From the NCBI RefSeq assembly GCF_001194135.2, contig NC_068984.1, positions 102,665,756 through 102,704,559 of the forward strand: DNA of 38,804 nucleotides, given 5' to 3'. Below are positions 12,039 to 24,605 of this stretch, piece by piece. Within the stretch, counting starts at the first letter, position 1, and every line of letters starts with the position of its first letter. The translations under genes were made by a program, and so were the position numbers. This DNA is from Octopus bimaculoides. Lineage: Eukaryota. A model generated the notes under the pieces. It was not told where the DNA came from, ran no database searches, and saw only the letters and a list, made by a program, of their open reading frames with translations.

Positions 12039-12605
12039 CCCACGCTGAGTTGTGGTTCACTGTTGTCTATGCTGCCGTTGTCTGTGATGATTTTTCACAC
12101 TTGATTCTTCCCACCACGAGATTCTTTTCACCTGCGTGTTTTGTTTTAATTTTTCTGTCTGTTAGTATATTATATATTTTTCTGTGATCCTGTGTTAGTA
12201 TTTTTCTGTGCTTTTTCTGTGTGTTAGTATTTTGATATATTTTTCATTTCATATATTTCTGGGATTCATTGACTCAGCTGGATTTATGATTTCACTAGGT
12301 TAATTCTATTCATAAACAATTAAATTAGGAGTATTTTTTAACCGTTAGCTTCACATTTCAACAGCTTAACTGAAATTTAGCCCACGGATCAGGAACTGAG
12401 AGGGATATCGTGAAATAGAGAAACTGTGGGTGATGCAGATAATTTAATATTATTTTTGAATTCTGCATGCAAAGACATATAAGATACAGATATTCTTTTC
12501 CTTGGGACAAATTCTTTATTGACCAGTGTTATTTTTATCGTAGTTTACAAATCCTAGCATGAAAACATTACTCAACTTTGGAGTTCTGGAGAGACAGACG
12601 CCCTC

Positions 12606-12610
<5 letters not shown>

Positions 12611-12678
<68 letters not shown>
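12611..12678. repeat. (AC)n microsatellite
   Basis: Direct inspection. Confidence 0.97.
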
Positions 12679-12680
<2 letters not shown>

Positions 12681-13184
12681 ATATATTAATGATGTACCCA
12701 AATATATAACAGATATACATAATACTGAAATACGCATAAATAAACACATGCAGATAAATATATTAATATAACAAATTTTTAAAAAATAATAAAAATACAA
12801 TCAACGAAGAGACAAAAGAAACAGTAAGATGATGCATGTTGATTGTATTAGGTATTTCAGTTTGTTTAGAAACCTACAATGAACAGGTCAGACGCTAAAC
12901 TCTAAATTTCACAGGGTACAACCTAAAAGTTGATACCGCTCCGCTAAACGCAGAAAATTTCTGTCACGCTGTTGGCTAAAAAATATACAGTTTTTTTTTC
13001 GATTTGGAAACCACTGTAACTTTTTTCTCCAATTTTTTTTCTTTTCCACAACATCATACCTTCGAATCAATGAGAGTGGAAGGCTACATTATTAAAGCCG
13101 ATTTGCAGTTTGGCAAAATAGAACGACAGGATAAGTATCAAGCTTAAAAAAAGATACTAAATTTGATTCATTTAACTAAAAATC

Positions 13185-13520
13185 CTTCAAGGCGGTTCCC
13201 CAGTATGTCTGCAGTCTAATGATTGAAATAAGTAAAAAACAACAAAATATGTATTGTGTGTATGTGACTATATTTTAACTGTAGATTCCCCAAATATGGT
13301 CATGCTCAAATAGCCGAAATGAATAAAATGGTTGAAAGATTGCATTTGGTCACGTCCCTTTATAACCTGAAGTCGATATCCGCCCTCGTCTATTTTACGG
13401 TTTATCCTTCCGAGGTCACCAAGATATGTATGGAAACCCCAGGCTGACCAATGCGTTGTGGGTGAATTTGGTAGACATGGCCACACTCCAATGACTGAAA
13501 CAAGTAAGAAAGAAAAAGAG
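13185..13520. mobile_element. Cluster of decayed SINE remnants
   Basis: Family-A tail-like AAGGCGGTTCCCCAGTATGTCTGCAGTCTAATGATTGAAATAAGTAAAA (13185-13240), and GTGAATTTGGTAGAC joined to ATGACTGAAACAAGTAAGAAAG (13440-13520). Confidence 0.45.
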
Positions 13521-14773
13521 AAAAACCGATATGATCGATAATGAACAACAAAAAAATAATGTTCCGGCAGGACCAAGGCTGAAAGAGTAGAAGAGGTTAA
13601 AAAATAAAGAATGAAATCAACATTTTCGTTTCGTCTTTTATTAATCCTTCTTTAAAGTAATGAGACTAAGGTTATCATTTCTCTTCTTAAACTACAACAT
13701 GAAATTGATTTTTACACTCAGCTCTGCTTTTATTGAGCAGACTTCTAATGAAAGGCATTCAAGCCATGACTATCTTATATTTTCAGAAATAATGTATCTA
13801 CATTTACGCTGTTCAATTGGTTTTGTTTTTGAAGATGGTAAAATGACGTTTGAGGGAGATTTGGCTGTTATTTCTAGCTGATTAACCGTCTACGTAAAGG
13901 CTCCGATGTTGGCTCGAAGGATTAGCTGTTGAAGAAGATGCTAGTCAGTAACAATTCTGGAGAGGAGAGACAAACACAAAAATATTACCTGTCAAATGAA
14001 TCTCTTTGACGTGTGTATTCGCTGCTTTTTCTAATACAGTATTAGATGGAAGTATATTTAGAAAACAAAAACAACAATAATCCGGAAATGGATTCATCAG
14101 TGTGTTGAAGTTCACTTTTTCTGTTCCTCTATCACTCTTCCTCTTTTTCTCGTGCACACATATACACATCATAGAAACGCATACTTGTAGTTAACCACTA
14201 TTCTCTAACAGACGTATAACTTAGATTCTTGGCCTACACCTAATTGTGCTCCTCACTCAAGAAAAACGAACATCACAGTGCATTACATAAACGCACACGT
14301 GCACACAGACGCACACATATTCACTTACATACAGTCTTTTCATACTGATGCGTTAGAAGCTTAACAAGTAACAGTGATTTGACTGTTTTTGAGTCACGTT
14401 AGAGATAAAAGCAAATAACTATACTTTTAGGGAAAAGCTCAGTGATAACATTTTAAAAAATTATGTAACTCGAGAAATATGAGTTAACTTTGTGCAGGAA
14501 GTGTTCAACGTTGAGTAATATAATATTATATAAAAGAAAAGATTTATTCACAAAATATGCGCTCAAGCTCAGACTTTAGAACTCGTGACTTGGTTGACAC
14601 ACAACTTGTTCTTATCTCTGAGGCCACGTCATTTGTAAATATATCAAAACAATATTTACGGTTATCAGCGCAGACAACACAGTGTTGTAATCTTTGAAGA
14701 TAATGCAATATCTTACATGTACATACATGTGTGTGTGTGTGTGTTCGTGCGTGCGCTTTTTCTGCGTGCGATA

Positions 14774-14814
<41 letters not shown>

Positions 14815-15751
14815 TCGCGCGCGCGTGTGTGTTGCTCATGGCGTAAGAATTTAGAAACTTCGAGAAGGAGTTATAATTCCTGTTTGGAGCGGTGTATCTT
14901 GAAGCAAATAAAGCTATGAATAAAAGCATATGTCGAAGGAAGTCTTCAAATTTTTTCTTCCCAAAGGTTTTTAACACTATATTTACGCGAAATTATTATT
15001 AGACTTTCGCTCTTCGAGAATCNNNNNNNNNNNNNNNNNNNNNNNNNNNNNNNNNNNNNNNNNNNNNNNNNNNNNNNNNNNNNNNNNNNNNNNNNNNNNN
15101 NNNNNNNNNNNNNNNNNNNNNNNNNNNNNNNNNNNNNNNNNNNNNNNNNNNNNNNNNNNNNNNNNNNNNNNNNNNNNNNNNNNNNNNNNNNNNNNNNNNN
15201 NNNNNNNNNNNNNNNNNNNNNNNNNNNNNNNNNNNNNNNNNNNNNNNNNNNNNNNNNNNNNNNNNNNNNNNNNNNNNNNNNNNNNNNNNNNNNNNNNNNN
15301 NNNNNNNNNNNNNNNNNNNNNNNNNNNNNNNNNNNNNNNNNNNNNNNNNNNNNNNNNNNNNNNNNNNNNNNNNNNNNNNNNNNNNNNNNNNNNNNNNNNN
15401 NNNNNNNNNNNNNNNNNNNNNNNNNNNNNNNNNNNNNNNNNNNNNNNNNNNNNNNNNNNNNNNNNNNNNNNNNNNNNNNNNNNNNNNNNNNNNNNNNNNN
15501 NNNNNNNNNNNNNNNNNNNNNNNNNNNNNNNNNNNNNNNNNNNNNNNNNNNNNNNNNNNNNNNNNNNNNNNNNNNNNNNNNNNNNNNNNNNNNNNNNNNN
15601 NNNNNNNNNNNNNNNNNNNNNNNNNNNNNNNNNNNNNNNNNNNNNNNNNNNNNNNNNNNNNNNNNNNNNNNNNNNNNNNNNNNNNNNNNNNNNNNNNNNN
15701 NNNNNNNNNNNNNNNNNNNNNNNNNNNNNNNNNNNNNNNNNNNNNNNNNNN

Positions 15752-15784
<33 letters not shown>

Positions 15785-15794
15785 GCGCGTGTGA

Positions 15795-15860
15795 TGCCGC
15801 GTGGCCTAGTGGTTAGGCTGTTGTACTCACGATCACTAGATCGTAGGTTCGATTCCCTGA
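15795..15860 (+). mobile_element. tRNA-derived SINE head
   Basis: A box TGGCCTAGTGG (15802-15812) and B box GGTTCGATTCCC (15846-15857); no acceptor-stem partner downstream. Confidence 0.7.
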
Positions 15861-15864
15861 CTAT

Positions 15865-16185
15865 GCATAACATCACAACACTCAAACAGAACTTCTTCAT
15901 CTCGTCTGGCCTAGCTCGCTTTAACATCATAACAAGACACGTAAGAGGAGAAGAAACAGATCCTTTAATATTAAAACGGTTCCTGGACGAATATCTCCAA
16001 CGAATTCCAGATAAACCACCTACCCCCAGAGATATATCTCTGCCAATAATAACTCTCTACTCGATTGGTGCCAAAAGAATGACTCATATGAAACACCTTG
16101 AAATGTCTTTTCCAGATGGTGGTATTAAGTTGGACATTGCTTTGGCCAATACTGGCCGACCCTTACCTAAGTATCAATATATATA
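15865..16185 (+). mobile_element. CR1/Jockey-like LINE 3' end (ORF2 C-terminus plus 3' UTR), followed by (TAGA)n
   Basis: NFFISSGLARFNII...LKRFLDEYLQRIPDKPPTP(R)YISANNNSLLDW resembles the LINE C-terminal pattern ..R.FN.LP...FK..LD.YL..IPD.P...Y.....NSL.DW, with one frameshift. Confidence 0.68.
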
Positions 16186-16214
16186 TATAGATAGATAGAT
16201 AGATAGATAAATAG

Positions 16215-16362
16215 TTACTCTTTTATTCTTTTACTTGTTGTTTGAACAAATCAAACGCAGGACTTAATTCTTAAGCCGAGTACTTATTCTATCGCTGTCT
16301 TATGCCGAACCACTAAGTTACGAGGATGTAAACACACTAACACCGGTTGTCAAGCGGTGATG
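16215..16362 (-). mobile_element. SINE family A, 3' half
   Basis: CTTTTACTTGTT...AGTACTTATTCTATCG...GCCGAACCACTAAGTTACG...ACACCGGTTGTCAAGCG matches 38528-38722 and the reverse complement of 250-345. Confidence 0.7.
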
Positions 16363-16462
16363 TATATATATGTGTGTATGTATGTATGTATGTATGTAAA
16401 TAAGGAACGTTGACTTGGAGATTTAAGTGACAAGTTAAAATCTTTAAACAATGAGCTGCCTT

Positions 16463-16535
16463 GAGAGATGGATAAGCAGATATATTGAGAGATACATAAG
16501 CAGATATATTGTAGAGAGGGATAAGCAGATATATA
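16463..16535. repeat. ~24-bp minisatellite, 3 copies (core ATAAGCAGATATAT)
   Basis: GAGAGATGGATAAGCAGATATATT / GAGAGATACATAAGCAGATATATT / GTAGAGAGGGATAAGCAGATATATA. Confidence 0.85.
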
Positions 16536-16799
16536 AGTAGAGATGAGAATGTTGTTTGTAAAAAGAATGAGTTGATCAGGTTAAAAGATAAGGCCTGGTT
16601 AGCTGCAGTTTGTTTTTAGGTACGTCATGAATATTTAAGTGTTCAATTTGGCCATGGGTCCGCAAATGAGATTTGACCCCAGTAAAAGAAAGGCATGGTC
16701 TATCACAAACTGTGCACACAAAAAGGTCACTGAAATTCACTTTCTCGATCGCAACATTCTTCTTTCAATCTCTCTTGAGTCTTCCATGTGTTATCTTGG

Positions 16800-17025
16800 C
16801 GTCTCCTAAAGCTTTCACTCCGTCCCACACAATTGTTCACCATCCAGCTCAGTCCGAAGCAAGAGTTTCTATGGCCTTGGATCCATTTCAAGTGACTTCA
16901 TGATACTGCTTATGCCGTCCTTAAACCTCTTTTTAGGTTTACACCGATTGCGTTTCCCCTCTGAAAACTCGCTATAAAACAGGTGTTTGAGTGTTCGTTC
17001 ATCCGCCTTTCGAACAAAATGACCA
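16800..17025 (-). mobile_element. RTE-clade LINE C-terminal fragment
   Basis: SGHFVRKADERTLKHLFYSEFSEGKRNRCKPKKRFKDGISSIMKSLEMDP matches the RTE motif WAGHV.RM.D.R.PK..FY.EL..GKR..G.P.KRFKD. Confidence 0.82.
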
Positions 17026-17149
17026 GATGCATACACATATATGCGCACGCACGTGTATATAAGTGCGTGCACGTATTATGTACATGAATGTACATACGCA
17101 AGTTCAATTGTATATACCTGATGCATGTATATTCATAAATACCTATAAG

Positions 17150-17171
<22 letters not shown>

Positions 17172-17195
<24 letters not shown>

Positions 17196-17204
17196 CGTGT
17201 GTGT

Positions 17205-17276
<72 letters not shown>
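17172..17276. repeat. (GT)n microsatellite
   Basis: Direct inspection. Confidence 0.95.
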
Positions 17277-17279
<3 letters not shown>

Positions 17280-17959
17280 CGTGTGTGTATCTTTAGATAT
17301 AAGAAGGTGCAACTTAAACAGAAAAGATAGGAATTAAAAGGGTTGAATAAGAGTTTTACGAGTCCAGCAGCTGTTTCTGGAAGCTTGGTGGTCCAAAATA
17401 ATGATTGTAAATCGATTCCACCATAGGACAATACCAGCCTCCGTCTTCAGGAAAGAATTTCACATTTGAGGTGTTGAACACGTAAGACGCTTATTCAAGC
17501 CCTTTAATTCCTGATATCATTTCCGTTCTGTGTAAGTCTTTTAGGTAAACATATGTACATTTTTTGTATTAAATGTATTTAATATAATTGTATATCGACT
17601 GGCCTAACTTGCTTATTCTTAAATTTACTCCTATATTTATATACATATATGAGAAACATACTTAACGTATGCAGTAGAATTTATTTATTTATACGTAGCA
17701 GACAATTTGATCCGTCGCTACTCGTCGATGCGGCAACATCGTCCCATAGGAAGAAATTACATATCTATGTGTAAATATGTATGATTTGTTCAGTAAAAAT
17801 AATATGCGAGACAAACAGTAATAATTTAGTCATCATAGCTTAAATGAACTGATGATAATGTATAGGCTTGTTGTGTGCTTACTGAAGAGAACACTAATAC
17901 AATTATAACCAATTAGTGATTCATGTCTCGTTGCTTGAATTACACTCTAGTAGACTCAC

Positions 17960-17978
<19 letters not shown>

Positions 17979-18034
<56 letters not shown>
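17979..18034. repeat. (CT)n microsatellite
   Basis: Direct inspection. Confidence 0.95.
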
Positions 18035-18038
<4 letters not shown>

Positions 18039-18802
18039 CACACATACACACACTTTCTCTCTCTTTCTCTCGCACACACACTGTCTCTCTATCACACATG
18101 CACAAACTCATACTCATGCTCAGATTTACATAAGCACCACACCACCACCACCACCACCACCACATACACATTCATATGTATGGAAACACAACCACATGCA
18201 CATACGTCTATATCCACTAAACAGTACACATCTGCTTTCTATGGCATATTTCAGCTTTCTACTCTCTGGTCGAGTTTATTAAAACAAATATTGTTACAGC
18301 TCAAAGTATTTTAATTAACTTTGAATTTCATATTGAATACTCACAGCAAAAGATTATTTAATTGAAAAATTATTATTTAAAGATATGTAAAGTGAAGCAT
18401 GGCTGTATAAGTTATATCACACGGGAGAAAGAAGGAGAGAGAGAGAGAGAGGAACATATACCCACTCACGTTTCCGTGTTTCTCTTTGTCCGTCTGTCCG
18501 TCTGTTTGTCCGTCTGTCGCTCATGTTTATATATATATGTATATATATACGCACACACGCACATATGTATAGACATACATACAGATATGTATATGTATAC
18601 ACACAGGCACTCACACACACACAGATTGTGTAATATTCCGTTATTGCTGGGATTAACAAATATACGCTTCTTCCATCGATGTACATGTGTGTGTGTTTGC
18701 ATATATACATATATATGTGTGTGTATATATATGTGTGTGCGCGCGCGCGTGTAGACACGCATATACATATATACGCATATATATATATACAAATGTATAT
18801 AT

Positions 18803-18860
18803 GCGCTCCAGCATAGTCACAATCAAATGACTGAAAGAAGTAAAAGAATAAGAAAATGAA
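18803..18860 (+). mobile_element. SINE family A 3' tail remnant
   Basis: GCGCTCCAGCATAGTCACAATCAAATGACTGAAAGAAGTAAAAGAATAAG versus 295-345. Confidence 0.6.
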
Positions 18861-18924
18861 AGAATATATGTGTGTGTATGTGTGTGTGTGTGCGTGCGCG
18901 CGCTCGTGTGTATTGGAGACTGAG

Positions 18925-19367
18925 AGACCCCCCCCCTTCGGTCATGAATGACCATGGGATTGCACCTAGAAAGTTACCCTCCGAGGCACAAGTCCAGGCA
19001 AGGTTGTTTATGGAAGGCCAGCAGTTGCTGGTGTGTTTACGTCCCCGTAGCCTAGCGGTTCGGCAAAAGACACCGATAGAATAAGTACTAGGTTTACAAA
19101 GAATAAGTACTTTTTGAGCCTTTCTTCTTTGCGGGCTAGACTAGGACATTAATGAGATGAATGATAAGAGCCTCCACCAGTACTTATTCTTTGTAAGAGC
19201 CTCCCCTCTCCACACCACTGATGTTATCCAAGCGAGAGGCAAAGGCTTGGCACCAGTGACATTGCAACTCATTTCTACAGCTGAATTAACTGGAGCAACG
19301 TGAAATAAAGTGTCTTGCTCAAGAACATATCACACAGCCCGGTCCGGGAATCGAAATCAGAACCTCA
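18925..19367 (-). mobile_element. tRNA-derived SINE (family B), interrupted by a ~170-bp insert
   Basis: Reverse complement of 19300-19367 gives a B-box-like GATTTCGATTCCCGGACCGGG then ...CTTGAGCAAGACACTTTATTTCACGTTGCTCCAG. I assign 18925-19025 as the displaced 3' portion from recollection of the family, not from in-window proof. Confidence 0.62.
19026..19110 (+). mobile_element. Isolated internal module of SINE family A
   Basis: TGCTGGTGTGTTTACGTCCCCG...CGGTTCGGCAAAAGACACCGATAGAATAAGTACT is the reverse complement of about 16278-16345 and 38610-38700. Confidence 0.75.
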
Positions 19368-19783
19368 CGTAATTTTCTTCAGCTGAATACACGACATTGA
19401 TTGGTTAAAATTACCCAAATACGACAAATTTATCACGAAATAACTTATAAAATACAAAATTTTGTCAAAAACGTTAAGTGTAAACCCAGTTCTACGTGAC
19501 ACATTCTACAAGTATCCGAAGTTTCAAAGTTTTTAGTTAAAAAAAAAAAATTAATTAAAAAATTTGTGCATGAGTTGGAATAAACTGCGCAATAATTCCT
19601 GGCTCTCCCGGTTTCATCATAAGGTTGAAGTTTTGTTTGCAAGATTTGAATGAAACAGTTCTAACGTTAAAAAGTTGTAAATACCTGATTAAAAATAACA
19701 GATGTCAAATTCTGGTATATTTTATGATTTATTCTACTTGCGATACATCGATGTGTTGATGTTTGGTTTGGTTTGGTTTGAGT

Positions 19784-20132
19784 GGAGGCGCAATGCTCCA
19801 GTGGTTAGGGCGGCGGACTCGCGGTCATAGGATCGCGGTTTCGATTCCCAGACCGGGCGTTGTGAGTGTTTATTGAGTGAAAACACTTAAACCTCCACGA
19901 GGCTCCGGCAGGGGATGGTGGCAAACCTTGCTGTACTCTTTCACCACAACTTTCTCTCACTCTTACTTCCTGTTTCTGTTGTGCCTGCATTTCAAAGGGC
20001 TAGCCTTGTGACACAGTGTCACGCTGAATATCCCCGAGAACTACGTTAAGGGTACACGTGTCTGTGGAGTGCTCAGCCACTTGCACGTTAATTTCACGAG
20101 CAGGCTGTTCCGTTGATCGGATCAACTGGAAC
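19784..20132 (+). mobile_element. Near full-length tRNA-derived SINE (family C)
   Basis: Head GGAGGCGCAATGCTCCAGTGGTTAGG...GGTTTCGATTCCC and a GC-rich body. A possible 13-bp target duplication GATGTTTGGTTTG lies at 19758-19770 and 20150-20162. Confidence 0.8.
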
Positions 20133-21119
20133 TGCCAACAAGCACAATAGATGTTTGGTTTGTATTAGTTATTACTAAAGATTCCATACTTATTTTTCTC
20201 ATTTCGGGAGGAATTCTATACCTACTTGTAGTGGTGGTGCCAAATAATATTTCCACGTGACCAGGACAGCCTATGCAATCCGATATCGTTGTCATAACTT
20301 CTTTGCGATTATAAGAATATCATGAAACGTTAATGGAACAATGAATTGAGGAGCTCTTTTTTTTTCTTTTCTTTTCTTTCTTCTACACACTAAGGAAATA
20401 AGTATATTCTTTCAAAAACATCTCAAACTGAAACGTAGTTTTGTAAATAGAACATCTTTGAAAGAAAAGCTGTTGCCTGTGTACACACGTGCACGCACGC
20501 GCATACACACACACACACACATACACACACACATACACAATATATTCATAATATATATTCCTATTTATATGTCCATGTATCAGTGTATACATATATATGT
20601 GTGTGTGTGTATGTGTGTGTGTGTTTGTGTGTGTGTGTATGTGTGCATGTGTGTGTTTATATACATAAATATATATATATACACATACATACATACAAAT
20701 ATACATACAGATACAAATATATAATATATATATATATATATATANNNNNNNNNNNNNNNNNNNNNNNNNNNNNNNNNNNNNNNNNNNNNNNNNNNNNNNN
20801 NNNNNNNNNNNNNNNNNNNNNNNNNNNNNNNNNNNNNNNNNNNNNNNNNNNNNNNNNNNNNNNNNNNNNNNNNNNNNNNNNNNNNNNNNNNNNNNNNNNN
20901 NNNNNNNNNNNNNNNNNNNNNNNNNNNNNNNNNNNNNNNNNNNNNNNNNNNNNNNNNNNNNNNNNNNNNNNNNNNNNNNNNNNNNNNNNNNNNNNNNNNN
21001 NNNNNNNNNNNNNNNNNNNNNNNNNNNNNNNNNNNNNNNNNNNNNNNNNNNNNNNNNATATATATATACATATGTGTACATATGTGTACACACATATATG
21101 TATATATTTATGTATATAC

Positions 21120-21155
<36 letters not shown>

Positions 21156-21934
21156 TATGCCATATTTTATATATTTTTATAAGCAGAAAAACAGGAGAGG
21201 CAGAAAATGAGCAAGCGGGAAAGAATATAAGCACTGTGTAAATTTAAAACCATATACGCACAGACATATACATGTATAATACAAATAAATATACGTACCC
21301 ATACATACACGCTCGCAGACACATGCACACACACATGCACACGCACACGCTCACACACACACCTACACACACACACACACGCACGCACACACACATACGA
21401 GCAATCACATGAAGACAGCCGCACTCGCACGTAGTAATACACATATTATCTGACATATTTATATATTATAATTGCATCAATTTCTGAATAGTATTCATTA
21501 AGAATTTTCAGTAACAAGCCATAGAAACTACTGTCTGGTTCATGACGTTTGGTGCATTTGCCGTCCGGCAAACTGCATGCAAAAAATATTTTCACTCAAC
21601 CAAAATATTAAGTTTGATATTCCGTAATAGTAAGCTTACGTTCTTTCTAGGAAAAACATATATATAAAATACTTTGTTCCCAGCGGTTGTAAATTAAAGT
21701 TGTATTTGTTTTACTCCAACGAAGCCTTATAGGTACAACTTATTTCAGCGTTATCTCCAATAGAAACGCACATGAGTCATATGTATTTTATATATTTTGT
21801 ATAAAAGTATGGATGTACACGATTAACCCATGTGTTTGACATAAAGTTAAATATAAGAAACGATATGGTGAGTAAAGGAATTATTAGAAAACTGGATACT
21901 TTTACACAACGTACCTCGTTTTGAGACTGCTGTA

Positions 21935-22363
21935 TACGATTCAGTCCATTATCACTGAAGATTTGGGTGTGAGACGCGAGTCTGTTAAGTTTGTGCCAAG
22001 ACTGCTTTCAACTGACAAAACGACACTCGGGTTTCAGTTGAACAAGATCTCCTTGATTGTGACGAGAACGATGAAAACTTTTTGAAAACTTGGCGTAAGC
22101 CTCTGAGCAGGTATTGCTAAGCTTTTGACAAAATTTGATGCAGATTCACTGCTCAGCTTTCCGTCATGGTCAATGCGACGATCACACGCCCCACACCTTC
22201 CTTCCAAGCACTGCTGTAAACAGAGGAAGTGAGCTAGTATGTTAAAACTTAGTCTGCATGCTCAGCAGAGTTTAAGGTCAATTCGTGCCCAGCAGCTTTA
22301 CTCGCTGTGCGTTAGTTTCGTCACTATAGTAACAGTCCTGATACTTATTGATCAGACCACGTA
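21935..22363 (+). mobile_element. Internally deleted mariner-family transposon (transposase remnant plus right TIR)
   Basis: IQSIITEDLGVRRESVKFVPRLLSTDK / TRVSVEQDLLDCDENDENFLKT is the mariner segment around the WVP(R/K)EL-equivalent motif preceding TGDE. The right end GTCCTGATACTTATTGATCAGACCACG-TA is TIR-like with a TA site. The left TIR was not found. Confidence 0.8.
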
Positions 22364-22637
22364 TATTACTTATGTGCGGACAGGAATTTCTATATTTTTA
22401 TGCATATTGTTGCACTACAATGTTTACACATCAATAAGCCGCTGAAATTTTGAAACAGCTGTAAAGATCAATTATGGCTAAATAATTTCCTTCCACGAAT
22501 ATATGTATGATTACGTTTATATAACATGTTTTTAAAATGATATAATACAATATACAGTGTGCCTTCATATCGTTTGTCTGTCTGTCTATCTGTCTCTTTT
22601 TCTCACTCTCTCTCTCTCTCTTTCTCACACACACACA

Positions 22638-22711
<74 letters not shown>

Positions 22712-22976
22712 NNNNNNNNNNNNNNNNNNNNNNNNNNNNNNNNNNNNNNNNNNNNNNNNNNNNNNNNNNNNNNNNNNNNNNNNNNNNNNNNNNNNNNNNN
22801 NNNNNNNNNNNNNNNNNNNNNNNNNNNNNNNNNNNNNNNNNNNNNNNNNNNNNNNNNNNNNNNNNNNNNNNNNNNNNNNNNNNNNNNNNNNNNNNNNNNN
22901 NNNNNNNNNNNNNNNNNNNNNNNNNNNNNNNNNNNNNNNNNNNNNNNNNNNNNNNNNNNNNNNNNNNNNNNNNNNN

Positions 22977-23007
<31 letters not shown>

Positions 23008-24124
23008 ATACACACACACTCATATATATATATAGTTTAGGTATGTATGTACGGAAGTGTGTTTATGTATATATTTATGTATGTATGTGAGTGTAGGTAT
23101 ATGTGTATTCATACGTACATATATGTGTGCATGTGTGTGTTTGTGCGAGTATGTTTATAGATGTATACGTGTTTATATATTTGCTTAGAATCGTTTATTC
23201 ATTCAATTAGTCAGCATATTATATTAAGTGATAACGCTTTAAACTAGTTGATGGAACAGTCTAATGGATGCCTGTATTCACGATATATTTTGAGAAATAC
23301 AAATATTAATAATTCTGCTATTAATATAAATATGAGTGCATCAGCAAATACAGCTAATGTTGTGTTTATTGACACACTCTTCAGCAGTTAATCTACATTG
23401 AAATATGGCAAATTCAAAATCTGTGAAGTTTTGAACAGAATTATGACACATTGGTTCTTATGGCTTTGTTGTCGAAAGTGTATATATATAATATGTATAG
23501 ATTCGAGTATTTCTTATTTATCTGCGACTTACAACGCTTCTGTCTGTATCGATCAGAAAGCAATCTGTTTCCAGACAGAGAATTCTGTTTCGTTGTATGT
23601 CTATTAATATAAACGCTTTGAATTGTTTTGAAACCCTGTCAGTTTTTATAACACACACGCACGCACACGCATGCACATACACGCACATACACACAGGTAT
23701 ATTTGTATCATAAATGCATGTATAGGTGTTTTTGTGTATTATATCATGTATTACATTATAACATATTTCTAGTTTATTGAAACTGAAACAAAGGGTATCT
23801 CGTCGCACGATACTGCGCCACTGTGATCTTCAGCTGAATATATATATATTGTCAACACTCCTGTCACAGCGTGGGACCTTGAAACTGCTAAAATGCAAGA
23901 AAGTATACTAGTCCCTTAATATTCAATACTTAATATTTAATATTCAATATTCAATATTTCATTTATTCAATAAGACAATCAATACTTCATTTCATTTTAC
24001 TGAATATATTATATATTCTATATCCTACATTAATATTATAAGAATATAAATAAAACATAAAAAAACAGACAGATTTGGAATTCCTTTGAATAATATATTC
24101 CTCTATACACTATCATACAAATCA

Positions 24125-24180
<56 letters not shown>

Positions 24181-24513
24181 CATACATTAACAAAGGGGCT
24201 GGTTTCTAACAAAGAGACAAAGCTCCATCGTTGGAATGTAGATAATGAAAATGATGTCACATTTTAAACGTGAGAAAAGTCTTGCATAGTTTCACTGTAC
24301 CGCTTACAGATTGTATTTGTAATGTGCAAGTCAGTTGGTTGATTTCTTTTTCTGAAAATCCTAGCTTATCCCCATTGACAATTAGGCATTTACTCACAAA
24401 ATCAAGTGCATCAATTATTATTTGTATAGATGTAAATTTGTAATCCGGATATAGAAGCTGGCGGTTTCGGAGCAGTTATCCATAATTATCTTCTTTCTCT
24501 TTCATTTTCAAAG

Positions 24514-24605
24514 AGATATTCATATCAATAGGACAGCTGACCTCTATGGCGGTACATACTTTTTGTTGTCCGTCTTAAACAACAATATCCGGCCTATTAT
24601 GACAG
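24514..24605 (+). CDS. Candidate coding exon (92 nt; DIHINRTADLYGGTYFLLSVLNNNIRPIMT), weakly PIG-H-like
   Basis: Long pyrimidine tract, but an atypical AAG acceptor; donor AG|GTGTTA; frame open 24455-24766. Confidence 0.22.

Noticed and set aside
15795-15860. tRNA gene (also considered at 12-80 and 19784-19850)
   Set aside because: A/B boxes are present, but no cloverleaf or acceptor stem closes and the sequence continues into SINE/LINE bodies.
16650-16765. QMRFDPSKRKAWSIT resembling the CR1/L2 W.M.FNP.KC motif
   Set aside because: A single short motif; too little to call.
18251-20260. + strand exon candidates FYSLVEFIKTNIVTAQ (18251-18301) and ITKDSILIFLISGGILYLLVVVVPNNIST* (about 20169-20260)
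   Set aside because: Weak splice sites; the second acceptor lies in a SINE target-duplication flank; hydrophobic peptides are expected from T-rich DNA.
21640-21646. 7-nt minus-strand micro-exon (cctAG|AAAGAAC|GTAAGC) beside the palindrome GTAAGCTTAC
   Set aside because: Not frame-preserving and readily explained by a chance 10-bp palindrome.
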